From Deltaproteobacteria bacterium (lineage in GTDB: Bacteria; Myxococcota; Kuafuiibacteriia; Kuafuiibacteriales; Kuafuiibacteriaceae): a stretch of DNA of 64,000 nt. The stretch lies in contig JAVJQW010000019.1 of NCBI GenBank assembly GCA_040218735.1, forward strand, positions 32,001-96,000. The letters are read 5' to 3'. Below, piece by piece: positions 56,720-64,000 of this stretch. The notes under the pieces were generated by a model that did no database searches, was not told the DNA's origin, and worked only from the letters and a program-made list of their open reading frames with translations. Each line of letters opens with the position of its first letter. The stretch's first letter is position 1. A program made the translations under genes and the position numbers.

Positions 56720-57727
56720 ATGAAGAAAGCCCTCCTGCTCCCGAGTCTCCTGTTCGTCGCGTGTGTCCCCGGTCCAGGACCCGACGCCGAGCTCGAGGTC
56801 GCCACGGTCACCGACAACCTCAGTATCATCGACGACGACGGCGACGGCGTCCCGGACTGCATCGACGTCGATGGCGACGGCACCTGCACCGCCGCCGACC
56901 GCGCGCTGCCCGGCATCCCCGGCAACGGCTGCCGCCCGACGCGCCTCGACATCGACGGCGACGGTCAGTTCGACGGCATCGACACCGACTGCGACGGCGT
57001 GCTCGACGTGACGTGGAACTTCTGTCGCCCCGCTCCGATCGACAGCGACGGCGACGGTGTCCCCGACGGCATCGACACCAACTGCGACGGCACCGTCGAC
57101 ATCCCGATCGGTGGCTGTCGTCCCGCGCGCCTCGACACGGACGGCGACGGCGTCCCCGACGGCATCGACACCGACTGTGACGGCGTCATCGACGTCCCGC
57201 TCAACGGAGGCGGCGGCGGCACGCCGGGCTGCACGCCGACCCCGATCGACAGCGACGGCGACGGCGTCCCCGACGGCATCGACACCGACTGCGACGGCGT
57301 CATCGACATCGGGCGCCCCTCCACCGGCGGCTGCGTGCCCACCCCCATCGACGATGACGGCGACGGCATCCCCGACGGCATCGACACCGACTGTGACGGC
57401 GTCATCGACGTCGGTCGCCCCGGCGGCGGCGGCGGCGCCTGCATCCCGCAGCCGATCGACACGGACGGCGACGGGCGCCCCGACGGGCTCGACACCGACT
57501 GCGACGGTGTCATCGACATCTCCACCTGCCGCCCGCAGGCGGTCGACGATGACGGCGACGGCATCCCGGACGGGATCGACAACGACTGCGACGGGACGAT
57601 CGACGTGCCCTTCACGCCGCCGAGCGGTGGCGGCCAGTGCGTGCCCCAGGTCCTCGACACCGACGGCGACGGGCGCCCCGACTGCCTCGACGTCGACTGC
57701 GACGGCGTCGGTGACATCTGCCGCTGA
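56720..57727 (+). CDS. Asp/Cys-rich repeat lipoprotein (putative Ca-binding, thrombospondin type-3-like)
   Basis: FVAC lipobox; nine D.DGDG..D..D.(D/N)(C/G)DG units. Confidence 0.8.
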   Translation: MKKALLLPSLLFVACVPGPGPDAELEVATVTDNLSIIDDDGDGVPDCIDVDGDGTCTAADRALPGIPGNGCRPTRLDIDGDGQFDGIDTDCDGVLDVTWNFCRPAPIDSDGDGVPDGIDTNCDGTVDIPIGGCRPARLDTDGDGVPDGIDTDCDGVIDVPLNGGGGGTPGCTPTPIDSDGDGVPDGIDTDCDGVIDIGRPSTGGCVPTPIDDDGDGIPDGIDTDCDGVIDVGRPGGGGGACIPQPIDTDGDGRPDGLDTDCDGVIDISTCRPQAVDDDGDGIPDGIDNDCDGTIDVPFTPPSGGGQCVPQVLDTDGDGRPDCLDVDCDGVGDICR

Positions 57728-57768
57728 GGCCCCGGCGGCAGGGACGTCGGCCGTGGTAGCTTCGCGCC

Positions 57769-59997
57769 ATGGCCGACGTCTTCAAGCCCAACGCCTGCAT
57801 CCTCTGCGAGTGCAACTGCGGAATCGAGGTTCAGCTCGGCGGTGAGGACAACCGTCACCTCGTCAAGATCCGCGGCGACCGCGCCCACCCCAGCTCCCAG
57901 GGCTACGCCTGCGAGAAGGCCCAACGCCTCGACCACTACCAGAACGGCCGCGACCGCATCCTCCTCCCGCAGCGACGCCGCCCCGACGGAACCTTCGAGA
58001 CGATCGACTGGGACACCGCGATCCGCGAGGTCGCCGAACGCCTGACGCGGCTCCGCGACGAACACGGCGGAACCTCGATCTTCTATTACGGCGGCGGCGG
58101 CCAAGGGAACCACCTCCCCGGCGCCTACTCCGTGTCGACGCGACGTGTCCTGGGCTCGCGCTACCGCTCGAGCGCCCTCGCCCAGGAGAAGACGGGTGAG
58201 TTCTGGGTCAACGACCGCATGCTCGGAACCTACGTCCGCGGTGACTTCGAGCACTGCGAAGTCGCATTCTTCCTCGGCAAGAACCCGTGGTTCTCACACT
58301 CCATCCCGCGCGCCCGCGTCACCCTCCGTGAGATCGCGAAGGACCCGCAGCGCAAACTCATCGTGGTCGACCCGCGCCGCACCAAGACCGCGGAGCTCGC
58401 GGACATTCACGTGCAGGTCCGACCGGGCACCGACGCCTGGTTCATGTCCGCGCTCGTCGCCGTCCTCTTCGAGGAGGACCTCGTCGACGCCGACTTCTGC
58501 GACGCCAACACCGCCGGGCTCGAAGACGTCCGCGCCCGCTTCACGAACGTCCCGATCGCAGAGTACTGCGCCCACGCCGGCGTCGACGAAGCGCAGGTCC
58601 GCGAGGTCGCGCGGGTCATCGGCGGCGCGTCGAGCGTCGCGAGCTTCGAAGACCTCGGTGTGCAGATGAATCACCACTCCACGCTGGTGAGTTACCTGCA
58701 CAAACTCACGTGGCTACTCACCGGCAACTTCGGCAAGGCGGGCACGCAGTTCATCCCCACGCCGATCGTCAACATCGCCGACGGCAAGACCAAACGTGAC
58801 AGCCCGGTCACCGGTTCGCGCATCGTCGGGGGCCTCGTCCCCTGCAACGCGATCGCCGACGAGATCCTCACCGACCACCCCGACCGGTTCCGCGCGATGA
58901 TCGTCGAAGCCGCGAACCCCGCGCACTCGCTCGCCGACGCCCCCCGCATGCGTGAAGCGCTCGGCGCGCTCGATACCCTCGTCGTCATCGACGTCGCCAT
59001 GACCGAGACCGCGCGCCTCGCGGACTATGTGCTCCCCGCCTCGACCCAGTTCGAGAAGGCGGAGGCGACGTTCTTCAACATCGACTTCCCGAAGAACTTC
59101 TTCCACCTCCGCCCGCCGCTGTTCGCGGCGCCGGAGGGTCCGCTCCCCGAAGCCGAGATCCACGCGCGCCTCGTGGAAGCGATTCAGACCTTCGACGACG
59201 AACCGTTCGCGAGCCTGAGGGCCGCGGCCGACGAAGGTCTCGAGGCCTACGCCGCGAAGTTCATGGAGACCGTCGCCTTCGACGGCAAGCTGAACGTCAT
59301 CGCCCCCTACGTCCTCTACCGGACGCTCGGACCGTCCCTCGGCGAGCTCGCGGAGGGGGCCGTGCTGTGGGGCCTCGCGCTCCAGGTCGCGGCGAAGTAT
59401 CCGGCGTCGCTCGCGCGCGCCGGCTTCGAAGGCTCCCCGGTCGACGCCGCCAACGCGATGTTCCGCGCGATCGTCGAACGCCCCTCCGGGACGATCTTCG
59501 CCGTCGACGACTGGAGTGAAGTGTTGAAGCGCGTCGGCACCCCCGATCGCAAGATTCAGCTCGCGCTCGACGATCTCCTCGACGAGCTCGGCAAACTCAC
59601 CGACGGCCCGGCGGCGCCCGACCCCGAGTTCCCGTTCACGCTCTCCGCGGGTGAGCGCCGTGCGTTCACGGCCAACACGATCGTCCGCGACCCCGCGTGG
59701 CGGAAGAAGGACGCCGCCGGCGCCCTCCGCGTGCACCCCGACGACGCCGCCGAGCTCGGCGTGGGCGAAGGCGACCGCATCTGGATCCAGACACACCGCG
59801 GTCGCGTCGAGGTCGGCGTGACCCTCGACGACGCCATGTCGCGCCGGCACGTCTCCCTCCCCAACGGGATGGGTCTCGCCGGCGACGACGCGAGCTCCGG
59901 CGGCATCCCCACCAACGAGCTCACGACGACGGCGCACAAGGATCCGTTCGTCGGCACCCCCTGGCACAAGGCCGTGCCCGCCCGGTTGGAGCGCTGA
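57769..59997 (+). CDS. Molybdopterin (bis-MGD) oxidoreductase with N-terminal 4Fe-4S cluster
   Basis: CILCECNC...C, VVDPRRT.TA..AD, RPGTD, TETA.LADYVLPA, HPDDA..LG; no Tat signal. Confidence 0.92.
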   Translation: MADVFKPNACILCECNCGIEVQLGGEDNRHLVKIRGDRAHPSSQGYACEKAQRLDHYQNGRDRILLPQRRRPDGTFETIDWDTAIREVAERLTRLRDEHGGTSIFYYGGGGQGNHLPGAYSVSTRRVLGSRYRSSALAQEKTGEFWVNDRMLGTYVRGDFEHCEVAFFLGKNPWFSHSIPRARVTLREIAKDPQRKLIVVDPRRTKTAELADIHVQVRPGTDAWFMSALVAVLFEEDLVDADFCDANTAGLEDVRARFTNVPIAEYCAHAGVDEAQVREVARVIGGASSVASFEDLGVQMNHHSTLVSYLHKLTWLLTGNFGKAGTQFIPTPIVNIADGKTKRDSPVTGSRIVGGLVPCNAIADEILTDHPDRFRAMIVEAANPAHSLADAPRMREALGALDTLVVIDVAMTETARLADYVLPASTQFEKAEATFFNIDFPKNFFHLRPPLFAAPEGPLPEAEIHARLVEAIQTFDDEPFASLRAAADEGLEAYAAKFMETVAFDGKLNVIAPYVLYRTLGPSLGELAEGAVLWGLALQVAAKYPASLARAGFEGSPVDAANAMFRAIVERPSGTIFAVDDWSEVLKRVGTPDRKIQLALDDLLDELGKLTDGPAAPDPEFPFTLSAGERRAFTANTIVRDPAWRKKDAAGALRVHPDDAAELGVGEGDRIWIQTHRGRVEVGVTLDDAMSRRHVSLPNGMGLAGDDASSGGIPTNELTTTAHKDPFVGTPWHKAVPARLER

Positions 59998-61701
59998 TCA
60001 GGGCTGCCGAAAGACGTAGGTCTTGATGCTGCTGGCGTCGTTGAAGTCGCCAGGGTTCGCGCCGTTCGAATGCCACGGGCGCTCCGCGCCGCAGATGATC
60101 AGATCGTCCTTACCGTCGCGGTTGAGATCCGCGATGACGTTGCCGCACTCCGCGATCGGATTCGGCATCGGGATCGCGTCCGTCACCCATTCGAAGTCAC
60201 CGTTGCCCAGGTTCCGGAACAAGAAGTTCTGGAAGATGTACTCCGCGAAACGATCCTCGAGCCAGCGCCGGTGCCCCTGGACGACGACCTCCGGCCACCC
60301 GTCGCCGTTCAGGTCACCCACGGCGATCGAAGGGAGGTCCACGTTTCCGACGCCGCTGTTCGTGAAGTCACCGCCGAGGTTTCCGGGCAACCCACCCGCG
60401 CCGATGTGAACGTTCTCCCAGGTGACGTAATCCAGCCCCGTGCCGGTGACGTTTCGGAGGATCGCCACGGAGTAGTGCGTGCTCCCGGGGTATTGCGGAC
60501 CGACGCGACCCGAGAACCCACCCGAGCCCGCGGACACGATATCGTTGAACCCATCGTTGTCGAGGTCGCCTATCCAGTACTGGAGGTTGTCGCCCCCGTT
60601 GCAGAAGTTCCCAGTGCGATTCGGGTTGGGCGCGGTGTTGATGTCGTCGCGCCCGTAATTGCGAAGTGAGTAGTTCGGAATCACCGTCCAGTAGTCACGC
60701 CCGAACGTCCCGCCGTTGTTCTTGTGAATCTGGCCGTACAGCTCGTTGCCGCAGAAGTAGTCGCCGAAGGGCACCGCCGCGTTTCCGCCGATCGCGATCT
60801 CCGGGTACCCATCTCCGTCGAGGTCACCCGCGGCGATCGTTCCGCCGTAGACGATCTGATGCGGGAAGCCTGTCTGCATCTTCGCGAACCCCGCGCCGTT
60901 CCAGCGGTACCAGAGCCCGGACCCCGCGCCGCCGAAGCTGTCGGCATAACCGTCGGCGTTGAAGACGATGTCGTCGGTGCCGTCCTGGTCGATGTCCGCG
61001 ATCGCCATACCGATCGAGTTGGAATGCACGCCGAAGCCGGGTTCGAGCGCGGCCGTCGTGAAGTTGCCGTTGCCGTCGCCGAAGTAGGCGAGGGTGTCGC
61101 GCTCGACGCTGATCTGCACCACGAAGTCGCGGTGCCCATCGCCGTTCACGTCGCCGGTCACGACCGACGCTTCACACACGCCCTGGTTGGGCCAGGTCTG
61201 CGCGAGGACGAACGACGTCGGGCCGCCCATCGTCGACACGTTCTCGTAGTAGCGCCCCTCCATCGAGCCGCTGCAGTTGATGCCGTCGGAGTGGCCGGCG
61301 TCCCAGAATCCGAACATCACGACGTCGTTGTCGCCGTCCTCGTCGAAGTCTTCGACGCCGATGCCGCCGAGGTACATGCCCGGGATGCCCGGGTCCTCGC
61401 GGATCAGCCCGAACGGACCGGGGTCGGCGGGGCCGAGGTCGGGCCGCGGCCCGCCGTCGCGCGGGGGCCTGCGGCCCGCGTCGCGGAAGCCGGCGTCGAC
61501 GCCGCCCGCCGGACCGGCGTCGCGCACGGCGTTCGGTCCGCCGTCGCGCACCGCATTCGGACCGCCGTCGCGGGGCGCCGCGTCCTCGCCGCCACCGTCA
61601 CCCGGGACCTGCCCCGGGATGTTTCGCTCGAAGCGTGACTCGCCGTCGGGGACACACGCTGCGGCGCAGAGCACGAGCAAGGCAGGCGCACGCAGGTCCA
61701 T
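59998..61701 (-). CDS. FG-GAP/VCBS repeat lipoprotein
   Basis: AAAC lipobox; RDGG/DAG linker; multiple GD.NGDG..D repeats. Confidence 0.88.
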   Translation of the reverse strand: MDLRAPALLVLCAAACVPDGESRFERNIPGQVPGDGGGEDAAPRDGGPNAVRDGGPNAVRDAGPAGGVDAGFRDAGRRPPRDGGPRPDLGPADPGPFGLIREDPGIPGMYLGGIGVEDFDEDGDNDVVMFGFWDAGHSDGINCSGSMEGRYYENVSTMGGPTSFVLAQTWPNQGVCEASVVTGDVNGDGHRDFVVQISVERDTLAYFGDGNGNFTTAALEPGFGVHSNSIGMAIADIDQDGTDDIVFNADGYADSFGGAGSGLWYRWNGAGFAKMQTGFPHQIVYGGTIAAGDLDGDGYPEIAIGGNAAVPFGDYFCGNELYGQIHKNNGGTFGRDYWTVIPNYSLRNYGRDDINTAPNPNRTGNFCNGGDNLQYWIGDLDNDGFNDIVSAGSGGFSGRVGPQYPGSTHYSVAILRNVTGTGLDYVTWENVHIGAGGLPGNLGGDFTNSGVGNVDLPSIAVGDLNGDGWPEVVVQGHRRWLEDRFAEYIFQNFLFRNLGNGDFEWVTDAIPMPNPIAECGNVIADLNRDGKDDLIICGAERPWHSNGANPGDFNDASSIKTYVFRQP

Positions 61702-61787
61702 CCCATAGGAATGATAGAACCGGGGGATCTGTGACGACAAAGCCCGACTTCGTCGCCGACGCACCGCGACATCCTACCCTTCCCGGA

Positions 61788-61811
61788 AATTAGTTGCGTT
61801 CGCAACCAATT
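61788..61811. promoter_or_regulatory. Palindromic operator, likely MarR site
   Basis: AATTAGTTGCGTTCGCAACCAATT, AT-rich inverted repeat 17 nt upstream of the MarR-family gene. Confidence 0.7.
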
Positions 61812-61828
61812 GGAGTCAGCGTCGCGGC

Positions 61829-62275
61829 GTGAACGCCCAAGACCTACGGGCCGGGGTGCAGGGGTTCGTCCGCCGCTTCGGACTCCTCGCCCCGGATCGA
61901 ACGCCCTGCGGGGAGGCGCTGCCCCCCGCGACCGCCCACGCGCTGCTGTTCCTGCTCGACGCGCCCGCGCCCACGCAGCAGGACCTCGTCGAAGCGCTCG
62001 GCCTCGACAAGAGCAACGTCGCGCGGCTCTGCCAGCGCCTCGAGCGCGCAGGGCACGTGACCCGGCTCGTCGACGCCGAGGACCGCCGGGCGCGGCGCGT
62101 TCGGCTGACGGCGAAGGGCCACCGCCTCGCGTCGCGGGTCGATGCGTCGAGCCGCGCGCGCTTCGACGCGGTGTTCGCGGCGCTGTCCGTCCGTGACCGC
62201 TCCGTCGTCGTGGACGCGCTCGCGCGACTGACGGCGGCGATCGACGTCGTCGCCGACGAGCGGGTGAGCGCATGA
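61829..62275 (+). CDS. MarR family transcriptional regulator
   Basis: TQQDL...LGLDKSNVARL..RLE..G.V.R.....DRR...V.LT.KG. Confidence 0.92.
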   Translation: MNAQDLRAGVQGFVRRFGLLAPDRTPCGEALPPATAHALLFLLDAPAPTQQDLVEALGLDKSNVARLCQRLERAGHVTRLVDAEDRRARRVRLTAKGHRLASRVDASSRARFDAVFAALSVRDRSVVVDALARLTAAIDVVADERVSA

Positions 62276-62850
62276 GCTGCCGACGCAGAATCCTCGTTAC
62301 TTGCGAAGCCACAGGCTTGGTCCGCGTCGCCGGGGCGTTGTTCGCGGCCGCGCTCCTCGCGGGGTGTCCGGCGGCGAAGACGGTCGAGGCGCAGCCGGCG
62401 GCGCCGACGTCCGCGCCCGCCTCGCAGCCCGCCTCGCCGCACGCCGAGCTCACGCAAATGGACGGGCGCATCGTGGTCCCGATGCCGCCGCGCATGGCAA
62501 ATCATCACCGGCAGCAGATGCGGTCGCACCTGGAGGTCGTGCAGCAGATCGTCGCTGCGCTCGCGACCGACGACTTCGCCCAGGTCCGCAAGGCGGCCGA
62601 GCCGATCGCGGCGTCGGCGTCGAACGATCACCAGTGCGAGATGATGGGACGCGGCGCGGAGGGCTTCACGGAGCAGGCGCTTCGTTTTCACGAGACGGCG
62701 AACGGGATCCTCGGGGCGGCCGACAAGAAAGACCGCGCCGGCGTGCTCACCGCGCTGTCCGAGACCGTCGCAGTGTGCACCGGGTGCCACGCGGCGTTCC
62801 AGCAGGAGATCGTGACCTGGGATGATTGGAAAGCGCGCACGGCGAAGTGA
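62272..62850 (+). CDS. Class II (c'-like) cytochrome c lipoprotein
   Basis: LLAGC lipobox, helical body, C-terminal CTGCH; coupled to the MarR-family gene. Confidence 0.8.
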   Translation: MSCRRRILVTCEATGLVRVAGALFAAALLAGCPAAKTVEAQPAAPTSAPASQPASPHAELTQMDGRIVVPMPPRMANHHRQQMRSHLEVVQQIVAALATDDFAQVRKAAEPIAASASNDHQCEMMGRGAEGFTEQALRFHETANGILGAADKKDRAGVLTALSETVAVCTGCHAAFQQEIVTWDDWKARTAK

Positions 62851-62898
62851 CCCGCGCACGGGTTGTCATCCGCCCTCGTCCCCGGGGAAGCTGGAGCC

Positions 62899-63303
62899 GT
62901 GAAAGGTATTCTGCGCTGCCTCGTGGTCGCGGCGTTCGCGCTGGTCGCGGGCTGCGGCGACGGCCCCGACACCACCGGCGCGGGGATGCTCCCGGTGCGC
63001 TTCGTCGTCGACCCGCAGGACTACAAGTTCGGCCCGGTCGACGTCGGCACGGTCGCCACCGCGACGATCACCCTGACCAACCTCACGAACCGCTCGGCCC
63101 GAGTCGCGCTCGGCGACACCACCTCGGACGTGTTCACGTTCGAGCTCGAATCGATGGACGTCCTCCCGAGCGAGGTCAAGAACCTCCGCGTCACGTTCGA
63201 ACCGAACGGCACGGGCGCCTTCGAACACGACCTCGACGTGCACCTCAGCCTGACGACCGGCGAGGCGACCATCGCCGTACGCATCGAAGGGCGCGGACTC
63301 TAA
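62899..63303 (+). CDS. Lipoprotein with ASH/choice-of-anchor-D Ig-like domain
   Basis: VAGC lipobox; FG.V.VG......ITLTN, V.P......VTF.P...G. Confidence 0.75.
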   Translation: MKGILRCLVVAAFALVAGCGDGPDTTGAGMLPVRFVVDPQDYKFGPVDVGTVATATITLTNLTNRSARVALGDTTSDVFTFELESMDVLPSEVKNLRVTFEPNGTGAFEHDLDVHLSLTTGEATIAVRIEGRGL

Positions 63304-63360
63304 CGGAATAGCCGGCAAGGGAGTGGCCAGGTCACTCACGCAGCGAGAGACCGTCAGGAC

Positions 63361-64000
63361 CTAGCCCTCCCCGTACGGGTCGTTCGTCGCGGCGAGGTGT
63401 TCATCGAGCCGACCGCGTAGCCGGGCGAGGACGGGCGCGAGCGCATCGTCGTCGACGCGGTTGTCCTGCTCGTTCGGATCCACTTCGAGATCGTAGAGCT
63501 CTTCGGGCGCCCGCGGCGCCCGCCACGGGTGGTCCTCGGCGAGCTCGAGCGCCTGCACCCAGTCTTGCCCGCCGCCCTCCAGCGGAACGGGAAGATCGTT
63601 GTCGTTGCGGATGTAGCGGTACCGTCTATCGCGCACGCTGCGCATCGGGAACGCCGGGCCGGTGTGCGCCGTCATCTCGCCGAACACGACGTCGCTCGCC
63701 GCGAAGTCATCGCCGGCGAGCAGGGGGGCGAGCGAACGCCCCTGCACCGACGCCGGGATCTCGACGCCGGCGAGGTCGAGCAGCGTGGGCATGAGGTCGA
63801 CGGACGAGACGAGCTGGGCGCTGCGCCGGCTCTCGAGCGCCGCCGGCCAGTGGAAGAAGAACGGCGTGCCCGTGCCGCGATCGTAGAGCGTCAGTTTGTT
63901 GTGCGGGAACGGGCTTCCGTTGTCGCTGATGAACGCGATGAGCGTGTCGTCGAGCAGGCCGTCCGCTTCGAGCGCGGCCACGACCTCGCCGATCATCACG
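63361..64000 (-). CDS. Sulfatase, C-terminal part (truncated by window edge)
   Basis: T...FISDNG.PF...K.TLY..G...P, VDLMPTLL, RYRYI.N, ELYDL..DP.E..N. Confidence 0.9.
   Translation of the reverse strand, partial: VMIGEVVAALEADGLLDDTLIAFISDNGSPFPHNKLTLYDRGTGTPFFFHWPAALESRRSAQLVSSVDLMPTLLDLAGVEIPASVQGRSLAPLLAGDDFAASDVVFGEMTAHTGPAFPMRSVRDRRYRYIRNDNDLPVPLEGGGQDWVQALELAEDHPWRAPRAPEELYDLEVDPNEQDNRVDDDALAPVLARLRGRLDEHLAATNDPYGEG

Noticed and set aside
1-64000. tRNA/rRNA genes, prophage, transposase or defence island
   Set aside because: No cloverleaf, rRNA tract, integrase, transposase or recognisable defence gene seen by eye; small ncRNAs cannot be excluded

Overview
High-GC chromosomal window that looks like Myxococcota: it has a CglF/GltF gliding-motility homolog, three Hanks-type Ser/Thr kinases, an FHA-sigma54 activator, an ECF sigma/anti-sigma pair and many lipoproteins. 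It holds about 58 plausible CDS. I see no rRNA, tRNA, CRISPR array, transposase or integrase. Main oddities: (1) a complete, translationally coupled gatE-gatD pair (the archaeal-type Glu-tRNA(Gln) amidotransferase) among bacterial genes; (2) a KamB/NpmA-like 16S rRNA m1A1408 methyltransferase followed by a 6 x 58-bp tandem array; (3) one family of long palindromic repeat arms at three loci (17.0, 41.1, 53.2-53.7 kb) in three different architectures; (4) two hairpin-forming in-frame insertions inside protein genes (PhzF, DUF1801); (5) two tandem four-histidine membrane paralogs divergent from a SAM methyltransferase; (6) many TAnnnT boxes 6-10 nt before start codons, suggesting leaderless transcripts. 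All calls come from reading motifs by eye and from remembered family consensus; no database search was run. Start codons were re-chosen by eye where the ORF track overextends.
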